Below, piece by piece: positions 18,916 through 29,534 of a DNA stretch of 64,000 nucleotides. Position numbers and translations under genes: made by a program. This DNA comes from an uncultured Verrucomicrobiae bacterium (GTDB lineage: Bacteria > Verrucomicrobiota > Verrucomicrobiia > Chthoniobacterales > Chthoniobacteraceae). Positions within the stretch are counted from its first letter, which is position 1. Each line of letters opens with the position of its first letter. Under the pieces are notes generated by a model that had not been told where the DNA came from, searched no databases, and saw only the letters and a list, made by a program, of their open reading frames with translations. The stretch is from contig CAWIKF010000001.1 in NCBI GenBank assembly GCA_963836755.1, positions 64,001 through 128,000 of the forward strand. Direction: 5' to 3'.

Positions 18916-20376
18916 ATGCGCCATTTCAACTTTTCGCCAAATCCAGAGCAGCCTGAGCGCATCGTTGGCTCGGCTCTTCGTCGAACGATGCGGAGAGGTT
19001 GGATCGGCTGGCGTGGCACCGTGGGCAAGGCTTTCTGCTTGCTGGCTTTTCTCATTGCCTGCGCCGGTAAGGCGGCTGACCTCGTAAGTGGGACCGACTC
19101 GATAAATCTCGAGACGATGGACGGGCAAGGCCGCCAGTCCGCCGAGCCAGCCGTGCCGGCAGTCGCACCGCAGCCCGTCGTGGAAACTAATCCGATTCCG
19201 ATGCCTGCGGCTAAACCATCGGTGGAAATGGATGGCTTGAGGCAATTCATCAGCCGCATGCAGGTCGTGCCGATGGCGCAGGCGCGGGTCGTTTACGACG
19301 ACAACATTTTTCTGAGGAATAAAAAGACCGGCGATGTCTATTACGCCCTTGCGGCTGGACTTGCCGTCGGGGCAGGGGATTTCCGTGAGCAGGTCGATCC
19401 CATTGGTGGGTTTCAACAAGCTTACGAGCAACTGCGATCGCGCGCGTTTGACGATCGGAACTATTTCTTCGTCGGCTACAAGCCCAGCGTCACGATTTTC
19501 ACCCAACACGGCGAACAAAACACTTTTGATCACGATGCGTCGATCGGCGCGCAGTGGCGTTTCGGCAGCTTGATCATGGGAGCCCGCGCTGGCGTGCGGA
19601 CTTTTTCCGATGGAGACGCTGAGGTTGGCGACCGTGTCCGCACCAGGATTATCTCGGAAGGCATAACCTTGCGCTACGAGGTAAGTGACAGGACTACTGT
19701 CGAAAGCGATTTCTACCATATCGACAATCACTACGATGCCTCTGCGCGCGTGAATTCGACGGAATGGGTGAATGAAGATTTCCTGAACTACCAGTTATAT
19801 CCCAAGTCCAATGTGGGACTCGGAACTACACTGGGCTACCTTCAGGTGAGCGAAGGTGCGGACCAGACTTATGAACAAATCCTGGGCCGATTGACCTATG
19901 ACACGACGCATAAACTGAAGTTCACTACGCAGGGCGGCGTCGAGTTTCGTCAAATCGATTCAGATCAGGCCAATGATTCAGTTAACCCCGTCTTTAACAT
20001 CGAGGCCGACTATCTTCCTTTCGATGGAACTGCATTGATTCTTTCCGGCCACCGGACGGTTCGAAATTCTATCCGCTACCTTGGCGAAAATGTAATCGGC
20101 ACCGGCGTCGGCGCCGCCGTAACTCAGCGGCTTTTTCACAAGGTAAGCCTCACGGTAACAGCTGGATATGAGCACGATGAATACGACGCCGTCGATGGCA
20201 CAGCGGACGCCCACCGCTCCGACGACATCTTTTCCATCCAGGCTGGAGTGGCTTTTCATGTCACGAAAAGGGTCCAGATCGCTCCTACCTATACTTATCG
20301 GAAAGATTCGTCTTCTCTACAACAATTCACCTTCAGCGACAATCTAGTAAGTCTGCAAATGGACGTTCTTTTTTAG
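18916..20376 (+). CDS. Outer-membrane beta-barrel protein associated with EPS export (start uncertain)
   Basis: Alternating beta-strand pattern rich in Y/D/N; VVYDDNIF motif; C-terminal Phe; first gene before wza-wzc. The true start may be ATG 18988 or GTG 19021. Confidence 0.8.
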   Translation: MRHFNFSPNPEQPERIVGSALRRTMRRGWIGWRGTVGKAFCLLAFLIACAGKAADLVSGTDSINLETMDGQGRQSAEPAVPAVAPQPVVETNPIPMPAAKPSVEMDGLRQFISRMQVVPMAQARVVYDDNIFLRNKKTGDVYYALAAGLAVGAGDFREQVDPIGGFQQAYEQLRSRAFDDRNYFFVGYKPSVTIFTQHGEQNTFDHDASIGAQWRFGSLIMGARAGVRTFSDGDAEVGDRVRTRIISEGITLRYEVSDRTTVESDFYHIDNHYDASARVNSTEWVNEDFLNYQLYPKSNVGLGTTLGYLQVSEGADQTYEQILGRLTYDTTHKLKFTTQGGVEFRQIDSDQANDSVNPVFNIEADYLPFDGTALILSGHRTVRNSIRYLGENVIGTGVGAAVTQRLFHKVSLTVTAGYEHDEYDAVDGTADAHRSDDIFSIQAGVAFHVTKRVQIAPTYTYRKDSSSLQQFTFSDNLVSLQMDVLF

Positions 20377-20384
20377 CCAAACCT

Positions 20385-21137
20385 ATGCGCATTTGTTCCA
20401 AGCTTTCCTACTTCTTGCTAATCGCGGTCATGCCGCTATCCGTTGCTCATGCCCAAAGGAGTTTTGATCTCGACGGCGTCGCACCCCGCGCGACTTTTTC
20501 AACTTCTACTGCCGCTCAAAAACCAGCAAACCCGCCTGCACGGACGGAGGTCCGCGCTGCCATTCCCGTTGCTTCCGCAGGTTCGGTTGCCGTTACTCCA
20601 TCGACTGCGCAAATACTTCAACCTCCCGCAGTCACCCCGGAGGATTACGTTTTGTCGCCGGGTGATATCGTGGAAGTGAAGGTGTTTCAAGAGAACGATT
20701 TGGACACCGTTGCACGCATCTCACAAGATGGTGTGATTGTCTTCCCGTTGATAGGCCGCGTTAGCATCGGAGGACAAACTCCTCAGAACGCCGCTGGTTT
20801 GATTCAAAGTCTTCTAGGCAAAGACTATCTTGTGAATCCGCATGTGAATATCAACGTCACGGAATATACAAAGCGCCGCATCACCATCCTTGGTGAAGTG
20901 CAGAAGCCAGGTTCTTACGATCTCCCGGATCGGGTTACCATTCCTCTTCTGGAAGCGATTGGAATGGCTGGCGGCTACACCCGCGTCGCGGACCCTTCGA
21001 AAATTACGGTGAAGCGGCTAGTCAACAACCGAACTAGTGTCATGAGAGTCAACGGGAAAAAAATGGCGGGAAGCTCAACGGCTTCGTTCGAAGTCCTGCC
21101 TGGCGATATCATTAACGTGGGAGAAAGCTTGTTCTAA
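20385..21137 (+). CDS. wza: Polysaccharide export protein (Wza/OPX family, short form with SLBB domain)
   Basis: YVLSPGDIVEVKVFQE, DGVIVFPLIG, ILGEVQKPGSY, LLEAIGMAGG, PGDIINV. Confidence 0.9.
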   Translation: MRICSKLSYFLLIAVMPLSVAHAQRSFDLDGVAPRATFSTSTAAQKPANPPARTEVRAAIPVASAGSVAVTPSTAQILQPPAVTPEDYVLSPGDIVEVKVFQENDLDTVARISQDGVIVFPLIGRVSIGGQTPQNAAGLIQSLLGKDYLVNPHVNINVTEYTKRRITILGEVQKPGSYDLPDRVTIPLLEAIGMAGGYTRVADPSKITVKRLVNNRTSVMRVNGKKMAGSSTASFEVLPGDIINVGESLF

Positions 21138-21140
21138 GTC

Positions 21141-23294
21141 ATGAATCAAAGACCTCAAACTATTAACGGCCGTCCTGAACAATCGGACTTTGATTTCCTG
21201 AAGCTTTACCATTCCTTGATGGAAAGGAAGTGGATCTTGCTCGCTTGCATATGCCTTACGGTGATGTTGGGAGTGATCTATATCATCAAAACTCCGAAGA
21301 CCTATGCCGCGACGACAGTCGTGCAGGTCGAGCAATCTGAAAGTAAGTTCGTCAACATCCAAGACATTACGACTCAGGATCTGAAGCAAACCGAGATTCT
21401 AAAGACCATCGAGACCAACCTGGTTGGCTCGGCGGTATTACTGAGCGTTATTGAAGATCTAAAGCTTTCGGATGAGCAGCTTCGCCTTCCTCCGCGTCCT
21501 CTGCCTTATACAAATAACGAGCGCGTTGACGCCTTCAGCCGAACTGTTTCGGCAAAGCTCATCCGCGGCACGCGCTTGATTAGTATCGTCGCCGAAAATC
21601 AAAGTCCCGCGTGGGCGCAGCAGATTTCCGACGACATCGTGCGGCAATACATTCGCGGCAACACTGCACAGCGCATCGGTATCTCCGGCGAAGCAAATCG
21701 TTTTCTTCTCGAAGAAGCCGACCGGCTCAAGCACCAGTTGGAAGCTGCCGAGGCGCAGGAGCAGGAGTTCAAAGATCAACATCCAAATGTAGCTCTTGGC
21801 GACAGTCAGAATTTCATCGACCAGAAACTTCTCGCTCTAACAGGGAAGCTCAACGAAGCGCGCGAAAATCGCTTCAAGATAGAATCCGATTACGCCCAGG
21901 TCCGGAGCTTGCTTGCTGGACCTTTGGATGAGTCGAAAGCGAACCAGTTGCTTGCGCTTTCCAGCGTCAATACCGATCCCGCTGTTCTGCAACTTCAAAA
22001 GAGCGTCAACGACGAAGAGGCCAACATGCAGAACCTCGCTCAACGCTATAAGCCCAAGCATCCCAAATACATCCAGGAGCAAGCCCAGCTTAATGAGTTA
22101 AAAGTCGCCTTGTCGCGCACCATTGTAAAAGCAGCGGAAGGTCTTGGGACAGCTTTGGAAACGGCGAAGCAGACGGAGTCAAAGTTTGAGTCGGTCTTAA
22201 AGGATCTCGAGCAGATGAAACTAGAGAACGACAAGCTCGCCCTTCCCTTCAATGCATTGATGCGCGAGGTCAATGCCAATCGGGACCTCTATGAAGGAGT
22301 GAGGCTCCGGTTGAAGGAAACCGAGGTGACGCGTGATGTTGAAACCAACGACATCCGGATTGTGACTCCGGCTTTGCTGCCGAACAAACCAGTGAAGCCA
22401 AAGGTTGGGCTCGTCATCGTCGCCTCCATTTTCGGGGGAGTATTACTTGGAGTTTGCGCATGCTTCGCACTTTCCGCCGCCGATAACTCTTACAAGACGG
22501 TGGATGAAGCAGAACTTTCACTTGGCCTTCCCGCGCTGGCATCGGTGCCACTAGGTGAGAATGCACCGAGCGACAAGTCTCTATTGATTTTACGCGAACC
22601 TCAGGGAGCAGTCGCGGAAGCGTTTCGCACGCTACGCACGTCACTATCTTTGCTAGGCAAGGAATCGGAGCGAAGCACATTTCTCTTTACGAGCGCAGTG
22701 CCGGGCGAGGGCAAAAGTTTTTGCTCCGTTAATTACGCCGTCTCGTTGGCGCAGCTAGGTCTTCGCACACTTTTGATCGACGGCGATCTGCGTCTTCCCA
22801 CCGTCGGCAAAATTCTTTTCGAAAAGGAGTCGCGCGATGGCGTTTCTGCCGTTTTGACTGGAAAGGCGAGGCTCGAGCAGGCTGTGATGACGGTTCCTGG
22901 GATTGAAAATCTCCATGTGCTTACCGCCGGCGAGCGCACGCCAAATCCCGCTGAGTTACTTGCCGGCTCGGCCTTTCAAGAGATGGTTCGCGACGCCGCG
23001 ACGAAATATGATCGTGTTGTCATTGATAGCGCACCCGTGCATGCGGTGAGCGACACACTCCTATTGAGCAAACACGTCCAGTCGGTTTGTCTCGTGATCT
23101 ACGCCGGTAAAACTCCCGCGCGCGCTGTGCAGCGCGCCTGCCACATCCTTGAAAGCGCTGGCTCAAAACCGGTCGGGATAATACTGAATCGAATGTCATC
23201 GCGCGGGCATGGCTACTATTACTACTACTCGTCTGGAGAATACGGCAAAGGTGTCTATGGAGCGCCGAAGCAACGCGAGCCGGTTAATAGTTAA
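21141..23294 (+). CDS. wzc: Polysaccharide co-polymerase / BY-kinase (Wzc family)
   Basis: Two TMs around a coiled-coil region; AEAFRTLRT; TSAVPGEGKS; LLIDGDLR; VIDSAP; C-terminal Tyr cluster GYYYYYSSGEYGKGVY. Confidence 0.95.
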   Translation: MNQRPQTINGRPEQSDFDFLKLYHSLMERKWILLACICLTVMLGVIYIIKTPKTYAATTVVQVEQSESKFVNIQDITTQDLKQTEILKTIETNLVGSAVLLSVIEDLKLSDEQLRLPPRPLPYTNNERVDAFSRTVSAKLIRGTRLISIVAENQSPAWAQQISDDIVRQYIRGNTAQRIGISGEANRFLLEEADRLKHQLEAAEAQEQEFKDQHPNVALGDSQNFIDQKLLALTGKLNEARENRFKIESDYAQVRSLLAGPLDESKANQLLALSSVNTDPAVLQLQKSVNDEEANMQNLAQRYKPKHPKYIQEQAQLNELKVALSRTIVKAAEGLGTALETAKQTESKFESVLKDLEQMKLENDKLALPFNALMREVNANRDLYEGVRLRLKETEVTRDVETNDIRIVTPALLPNKPVKPKVGLVIVASIFGGVLLGVCACFALSAADNSYKTVDEAELSLGLPALASVPLGENAPSDKSLLILREPQGAVAEAFRTLRTSLSLLGKESERSTFLFTSAVPGEGKSFCSVNYAVSLAQLGLRTLLIDGDLRLPTVGKILFEKESRDGVSAVLTGKARLEQAVMTVPGIENLHVLTAGERTPNPAELLAGSAFQEMVRDAATKYDRVVIDSAPVHAVSDTLLLSKHVQSVCLVIYAGKTPARAVQRACHILESAGSKPVGIILNRMSSRGHGYYYYYSSGEYGKGVYGAPKQREPVNS

Positions 23295-23329
23295 AGCTAT
23301 AGGTCCACGTTTGGTCTGAAAAACAGCCT

Positions 23330-24766
23330 ATGTCACTGAAGAGACGGCTCATCGACAATGTTGGTGCGAACTTATACGGCCAGTTCGTGACGATTGTTGC
23401 GCAACTGGTGCAGGTGCCTTTGTTCCTGCACTTTTGGGGAAAGCTCGCGTATGGGCAGTGGCTGGTCTTATCAGCCATACCTACTTACATTGCGCTTGCT
23501 GATGCCGGCTTCGGGACGGTCGCCGGGAATGAAATGGCAATGCGGGTCGCCAATGGTCAGCAGCAAGAAGCAAAAAAAGTGCTTCATACTTTGACGGGAT
23601 TCGTTTTGGGAATTAGCGCCTTCTCGCTGGTTTTCATTGTGTTGGGCGCCTTTCTACTTCCATGGGGCACATGGCTGAGACTTCAAGGAACCCCGGACAG
23701 CCAGGTGCATTGGACTTTGCTATGGTTGGGGATAGCTACTCTGGCGACATTGCATTCTACGATCTATGGAGCTGTCTATCGCGCGGGCTATCGCAACGCG
23801 AGGTTTGTTTTTGTCGCTAATACATCGCGGCTTGTCCTTTTCGTCGCCACGGCTGCCAGTCTGCCTTTCGTTCATTCGATGATGCGACTCGCGTTCATTC
23901 TCGCCAGCTTTAACGTCCTGACCTTGGCGTTGATTTACTTGGATGTCTGGCGCGGGATGCCTGATCTGCGCATGGGTATTCAGGAGTTTGATATGCGGAA
24001 GTTGCGCGAGCTACTCCGTCCATCATTGTCCTTTATGTTGTTTCCAATCGGAAACGCCGTTTATTACCAAGGGTTTACTATAGCGGTAAATTCCTTGCTG
24101 GGCCCAGTAGCTGTGGTCGGATTCAACACTTTGCGCACACTTACTCGCATCATCACTCAAGGAGTGACTGTGATCAAACATTCGGTCTGGCCTGAGCTAT
24201 CCTACCTCATCGGCAGCGGCAGGGTCATGGCGGCGCGGAGGCTGCACCGTATCTCCATGCAAAGCGCGTTTTTGATCGCGCTCGCAGCGGTCGCTTTCAT
24301 TCTTTATTTCGGCAAAGTTATGCTCAGGTTCTGGACACATGGACAGGTAAGCACCGATTACCTGACGCTGTCGCTCTTTCTCGCGGGAGTCTTCGTCAAC
24401 GGACTTTGGTTTACCTCCTCTGGGCTGCTCCAGGCCGTCAACAAACACGAAGGCTTGGCGGTTCGTTACCTTCTTTCCGCATGTTTCGGCATAGCTTTGA
24501 CTGTTTTCGCGAGTAATCGCTTGGGAGTGAAGGGCGCGGCGCTTGGTATGCTCGTCGTGGAATGTTATCTCCTTCCATACACACTGCGCGCCGCGGCAGG
24601 CATTCTCAACACCGACGTATCCACGCTCTTTCGCGAGGTCTGGCGTTTCGATCTTTTGCGGAATGACTTCTTGGTTTGGCTGACAGCGCGAAAGGCCAAG
24701 GCACAGGAAGTGATCTCACTTGAGCAACAGTCGTCTGCCTCCGCTGAAATAGCCTCCCACGTATGA
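23330..24766 (+). CDS. Wzx-type polysaccharide flippase
   Basis: 12-14 TM pattern; QVPLFLHFWG..YGQWL; LADAGFG; EPS context. Confidence 0.85.
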   Translation: MSLKRRLIDNVGANLYGQFVTIVAQLVQVPLFLHFWGKLAYGQWLVLSAIPTYIALADAGFGTVAGNEMAMRVANGQQQEAKKVLHTLTGFVLGISAFSLVFIVLGAFLLPWGTWLRLQGTPDSQVHWTLLWLGIATLATLHSTIYGAVYRAGYRNARFVFVANTSRLVLFVATAASLPFVHSMMRLAFILASFNVLTLALIYLDVWRGMPDLRMGIQEFDMRKLRELLRPSLSFMLFPIGNAVYYQGFTIAVNSLLGPVAVVGFNTLRTLTRIITQGVTVIKHSVWPELSYLIGSGRVMAARRLHRISMQSAFLIALAAVAFILYFGKVMLRFWTHGQVSTDYLTLSLFLAGVFVNGLWFTSSGLLQAVNKHEGLAVRYLLSACFGIALTVFASNRLGVKGAALGMLVVECYLLPYTLRAAAGILNTDVSTLFREVWRFDLLRNDFLVWLTARKAKAQEVISLEQQSSASAEIASHV

Positions 24767-24800
24767 GCGGCGCGATAATGGTGAACCTCGTAAGACTACC

Positions 24801-25235
24801 ATGAACCTGGTCAGGAAGTTACTTTGCGCCGATGAGTGCCGTAAATCCCATTTTCACGATGAGAAAGGCAACCTTGTCAGCGCACCCAACCTATTACTGA
24901 ACGGTCCAAGAGCTTTCTTGACCTTTGCTTTAAATTCGCTGATCAACTTCCGTTCGGAAGTGCCTCGGGAGAAACTGCTCTTCGGTTTCATCGTGATTGA
25001 CGAGGTGATGCGCTCCCGATGTTTGAAGAACGCGCTTTCCCGGCTGCGTCCTGGAGGATCGGTCTACTTGGACAACTCGGATAAAGACAGCAAGCCCGAA
25101 GGTGGAGACATGCGACTAGCCGAGAAGTTCCTGACCGAAGAAGTGCTTAAGCGCAATAGCTGGTGCAAAGTATTTACGGACTTCGCTGTGGCGCAGCTTA
25201 CTCCGAACCAGGGAATGTTGGCGATGCTTCCCTGA
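24801..25235 (+). pseudogene. Probably internally deleted class I SAM-methyltransferase-like gene
   Basis: Retains C-terminal motifs FIVID..RSRC...LRPGGSVYLDNSD but has no glycine-rich SAM-binding motif I; only 144 aa. Confidence 0.5.
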
Positions 25236-25247
25236 GCTGAAGCGTTT

Positions 25248-26477
25248 ATGAAAGTAGGCGTTTTTCATCCAGGCACGCAGCATTCCTGGCAGACGGCGCT
25301 GGCATTCCAGGAGACTAAGGAGCTAGGTTGGTATGCTACTTCCGTTTTCTACGATCCGAAGCAGTGGCCTTATAAGATCGAGAAGTGGATGCCTGCTCGG
25401 GCTGCGAATCGGATTCATCGTGAATTCAGCCGCCGCCATCATCCGGAGCTTGATCCTTCTTTAGTGAGGCATCTCGGACTCTGGGAATGGCTGGAATCCG
25501 CGGCCTTTCGACTTCGGTTCAACGAGGCTGCGCGTTGGGCGAATCAGCGTGGAAATGCGGCCTTTTGCCAGGACTTAATTCGGCTGATAGGTCGCGAACC
25601 GGTTGACCTACTTTGGGGATATAATACTTCTTCTTTGGAAGTATTCCGCTGGGCGAAAAAGAGAGGCATTCGCTGCGTGCTCGACCAGACGATCGGCCAT
25701 CCCGTCTCAAGAGACAAAGTGATGCTTCAAGAATACTCCAGGCACGGGGAATTCTTTGAGACAGATTACAAGCCGTTCGCACAGGAACTGGTCGATCGAC
25801 AAAACGAGGAGCTCTCGCTGGCGGACTTGGTGCTTGTCGGGTCATCCTATTGCAAGCAGACCTTGATTGAAAATGGCTGCGCAGAAGCGAAGATCAAAGT
25901 AGCGCCATATGGTTATGACGAAACCTTTTTCCCGAAAGTTCCTCCGGCGCGCCAACAGCTAAAGGGGCGAAAGTTGAACATTGTCTTTGTTGGCACCGTT
26001 GAGCCGCGCAAAGGAGTGGCACATATCTTGAAGGCCTGTCGTGAGATCAACTTTGAAAAGGTCAACATTTGCTTTGTCGGCAAACTTCGTATTCAGAGAG
26101 CGACGATGGAAAAGTATGGAAGCCGGATTGAATATATTCCTTCTGTCCCAAGACACGAAGTAGCCGACTACTTTTCACGTGCGGACTGCTTTCTGTTCCC
26201 GACACTCTTCGAAGGTGGTGGAATAGTCCTTTATGAAGGAGCCGCGTGCGCCCTTGGCCTTATTCAATCCACCAAGTGTGCCTCCTGCGTGGAAAACGAT
26301 CTCAACGGAATTGTTCTCTCGGAAGTTTCTCCCGAAGCTGTGGCAGCCGCCGTCAACTTTGCTGGCGACCGCCCCGAAGCTGTGAGTGAATGGCAGAAGC
26401 ATTCATGGGAAATGCGTCCTCGGTTTGGCTGGCGGGAATACCGAAAGAATATCCGCTCTCTCTTCTCCAATGATTGA
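25248..26477 (+). CDS. Glycosyltransferase family 4
   Basis: HPGTQHS; VFVGTVEPRKG; FLFPTLFEGGGIVLYE. Confidence 0.9.
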   Translation: MKVGVFHPGTQHSWQTALAFQETKELGWYATSVFYDPKQWPYKIEKWMPARAANRIHREFSRRHHPELDPSLVRHLGLWEWLESAAFRLRFNEAARWANQRGNAAFCQDLIRLIGREPVDLLWGYNTSSLEVFRWAKKRGIRCVLDQTIGHPVSRDKVMLQEYSRHGEFFETDYKPFAQELVDRQNEELSLADLVLVGSSYCKQTLIENGCAEAKIKVAPYGYDETFFPKVPPARQQLKGRKLNIVFVGTVEPRKGVAHILKACREINFEKVNICFVGKLRIQRATMEKYGSRIEYIPSVPRHEVADYFSRADCFLFPTLFEGGGIVLYEGAACALGLIQSTKCASCVENDLNGIVLSEVSPEAVAAAVNFAGDRPEAVSEWQKHSWEMRPRFGWREYRKNIRSLFSND

Positions 26478-27816
26478 CCTGTTTCTTGTCTTGCAAGTCG
26501 CGATATGGATCGCCGCAACGGTTGCGATCTTCGTGCGCGGCAAGGCCTCGATTTTCCACCCCGCTTGCATCTATCTTGTATTCCACCTGATCGTTTTCGT
26601 TGTCCGACCGATCGAAGTGCATTACCTGAACTTTGATCTGATCTGGACCTACATGAAATTTGAGCCAAGCGAAGAGCAGTTCGTCCTGACTCTGCTGGCA
26701 AGCTCGCTCGGACTTGTCATCTTCGTTGGTGCCTGTCTTTTCGCGGCGCGTGGTGCGCAGTCGGTCACGGAACCATTTTATTTGGACATAAGTCGCAACC
26801 AGATTGTCGCATTCGGCATCGTTAGCGCGGTGCTGTTTCCTGTTGCGATCTACTCGATCATTGAAGTCGGCGGTGCAGTCAAAGGAGAACGAGTCGGAGG
26901 AACCTACGTGATGACGGAGGGCAACGGCTACATCAACGATGCTCAGAACGTTCTTACTACGCTGCTGGTAGTCTTCATCTACGTTTGCAGGTTTAGGCTC
27001 TTCTCGATGATTCCGCTTCTCGGATACTTCTCCTACCGCGCCATCATGGGAAGAAATCGGTGGACGATCGTTTTGACCTTTTTTCTGCTCGTGTTGGTCT
27101 ATTGTTGGGATCGGCGCATCAGGATGATTCCGCGCCGAGCATTGATATTTGTTCCAGTCATTTTCGTTCTCTTCGCAACCCTTGGAAGTAATCGCGAATT
27201 TTTTAAAAATATCCTGCTTGGGCGTCCGCAGGACAACCACGCATGGACGGCCGGAGATCGCGACTTCAAACAAAGGTTCGACACGATGGATTTCGCGAAC
27301 TTCGACTATCTCGCTTATATCATTTCTACGGTGCCGGATCTAACAGGCACCTACACTTATGGAACACAATATCTGCAGCTTTTCACGGAGCCGATTCCAC
27401 GCGAGCTCTGGAAAAATAAGCCCATCGGTGCGCCCATCCAATTTTTCGATTTGAATGACTACGGAAACTTCATCGGACTGACTCCTTCCATGGTTGGCGA
27501 CGGTTGGATGTCGGGAGGCTGGACTGGCCTAATTCTTACAGCAGCGCTGTCGGGCTATCTTCTGGGAAGATTGTTCCTCTGGTTTAGCTTCAATCAGGCG
27601 GACGTTTATAAGGCAATGACTTACCTTGTTACTGTTACTTTCACGATCCAATACTATCGGGACGGAGCGATCTCTATCTTCCACTTTTTAATGTTCACGC
27701 TGCCCCCGATCTATTTTTGGAAATGGATCACATCCGCGCTCTCCCATTCGTCATCCTTTGCGCGGTTCGAAGGAGGCTTCACACGAGCGCTCGAAGGTAA
27801 GGTGATTGAACGATGA
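26470..27816 (+). CDS. Wzy-type oligosaccharide repeat-unit polymerase
   Basis: Multi-TM protein with a large periplasmic loop and EPIPRELWKNKP motif; ATG 26470 overlaps the previous stop. Confidence 0.78.
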   Translation: MIDLFLVLQVAIWIAATVAIFVRGKASIFHPACIYLVFHLIVFVVRPIEVHYLNFDLIWTYMKFEPSEEQFVLTLLASSLGLVIFVGACLFAARGAQSVTEPFYLDISRNQIVAFGIVSAVLFPVAIYSIIEVGGAVKGERVGGTYVMTEGNGYINDAQNVLTTLLVVFIYVCRFRLFSMIPLLGYFSYRAIMGRNRWTIVLTFFLLVLVYCWDRRIRMIPRRALIFVPVIFVLFATLGSNREFFKNILLGRPQDNHAWTAGDRDFKQRFDTMDFANFDYLAYIISTVPDLTGTYTYGTQYLQLFTEPIPRELWKNKPIGAPIQFFDLNDYGNFIGLTPSMVGDGWMSGGWTGLILTAALSGYLLGRLFLWFSFNQADVYKAMTYLVTVTFTIQYYRDGAISIFHFLMFTLPPIYFWKWITSALSHSSSFARFEGGFTRALEGKVIER

Positions 27817-29525
27817 GGGACTTTGTTTTCATTTCCTGTCTATGCCTTCTGAGTGCATTTAAGGCCCAAGCTACCGATCCTACGATGGATCTAGTGGCAT
27901 TGGTTAAGGCAGCCCAGACAGGCGGAGCTTCGGTCGTCGACTTACCTCAAGGTCGTTATCACATCGAGCCGACGGTGCTCAATAATCTAAACAACATTGT
28001 CTTGGATGGGCATGGCGCCGTCCTCGTCGGATCGAACTTTGAAAAGGATCTGCTGATCTTAAACCGCTGCAAGAACGTAACGTTAAAGAACTTTTCCATC
28101 GATTATGATCCGCTTCCCTTTACTCAGGGAACGGTGGTATCCAAGGCAACTGATGGAGTTACATTCGATGTAGAGTTACAAAAGGGCTATCCCGAATTCA
28201 CGCAACCTTACTTCGCGCAGATTCACCTTTTTGATCCGAAGACGAAGTCGTGGAAAGCGCGCACTCAGGATCTTTATACAAAGATGATCCTCATCCAGGA
28301 CTCGAAGCATGTGCGACTCGGATTTCCTGGCATGCCCGCTGAAACGAGAAACCGTATCGCCGTTGGCGACTATATGGTGTTTAATCAACGCCGCGGATCA
28401 GCGGTTGTCATAAAAGATCTGTCTGAGAAGATTCGAGTCGAAAACATCACAATCCTCACCTCTCCTGGCGGAGGAGTGATCGAGCGTTACGCTCTGGGCA
28501 ACGACTACTTCCAGTTCGTTGTAAGGCCAGGTCCACGGCCCGCCGGCGCCGAAGTGGATCGGTTGCTTTCAACTGGAGGCGATGCTTTGAATATTGCTGC
28601 CGTTAGACAAGGGCCAACCATCGAAAAGTGCGATTTTTCATGCATGGGAGATGACTCTGTAAATCTGCACGGGCCATTGCTGGATGTTGAGAAGGTCGAA
28701 GGTCCTCGCACCTTGTGCGTAGCTTATCGAGCAGCGCCCAACGTTTTTCCTTTTGAACCACTCGTTAAAGTAGGAGACAAGGTGCGCCTTCTGCGACACG
28801 GCGACTACTCGATCAAAGCGGAGTCGAAAATTGTGTCCTTTAAATCTGTTAAGTTGGCACCCGAAGAAGCGCAGGCTTATATGAATACTTGGCTGGCGAC
28901 GAGCACGGTTTACAAGCCTATCGCAGGCATACCGGCGGCTTTCGAGGTGCAACTGGACACGGATGTCCCTGCCGAAGCCGGTGATACTTGTGATTTTCCC
29001 GCCTCCCTCGGTTCTGGGTTTGTCATTCGCGATAACTACTTCCACGACCACCGATCGCGCGGGATTCGCATCGCCAGCACTGACGGTATCATAGAAAATA
29101 ATCGTTTTGAACGCCTGCGCGATGCGGCGATCAGTTTGGGCCCGCAGTATGGTCATTGGCGTGAGGCCGGTTGGTGTTCCAACATCACGATCCGAGGGAA
29201 CACTATCCATGACGTCGCCTTGGGCGATGACATTTTGCGCAATCCTGGGTGGGCTGCCATTTGCACCATCGTTCGGGCGGACAAGGATCTATCTCCGGCG
29301 GCGGGCCTGCCGGCAGACAACACTGATCTCGTCATTGAAAACAATCACATTGATGGTTGTAGCGTCGAAGGAATAGCTCTCACGGCGGCGAGGAACACGA
29401 TCATCCGCAACAATGATATGTCGCACCTTTGTTCCGTTCACGCGCCGGAATCAAAGACAGACCACTCAGGCATCAAACTGAGCAACACTACGAATATCAA
29501 GCTGGAGAACAACCGCGCGAAATGA
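27813..29525 (+). CDS. Secreted right-handed beta-helix protein (GH110/pectate-lyase-like glycan-modifying enzyme)
   Basis: Signal peptide; IDYDPLPFTQGTV; GGDALN; MGDDSVNLHG; repeated IxNNxF/I beta-helix units. Confidence 0.8.
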   Translation: MRDFVFISCLCLLSAFKAQATDPTMDLVALVKAAQTGGASVVDLPQGRYHIEPTVLNNLNNIVLDGHGAVLVGSNFEKDLLILNRCKNVTLKNFSIDYDPLPFTQGTVVSKATDGVTFDVELQKGYPEFTQPYFAQIHLFDPKTKSWKARTQDLYTKMILIQDSKHVRLGFPGMPAETRNRIAVGDYMVFNQRRGSAVVIKDLSEKIRVENITILTSPGGGVIERYALGNDYFQFVVRPGPRPAGAEVDRLLSTGGDALNIAAVRQGPTIEKCDFSCMGDDSVNLHGPLLDVEKVEGPRTLCVAYRAAPNVFPFEPLVKVGDKVRLLRHGDYSIKAESKIVSFKSVKLAPEEAQAYMNTWLATSTVYKPIAGIPAAFEVQLDTDVPAEAGDTCDFPASLGSGFVIRDNYFHDHRSRGIRIASTDGIIENNRFERLRDAAISLGPQYGHWREAGWCSNITIRGNTIHDVALGDDILRNPGWAAICTIVRADKDLSPAAGLPADNTDLVIENNHIDGCSVEGIALTAARNTIIRNNDMSHLCSVHAPESKTDHSGIKLSNTTNIKLENNRAK

Positions 29526-29534
29526 AGGGGGCAA

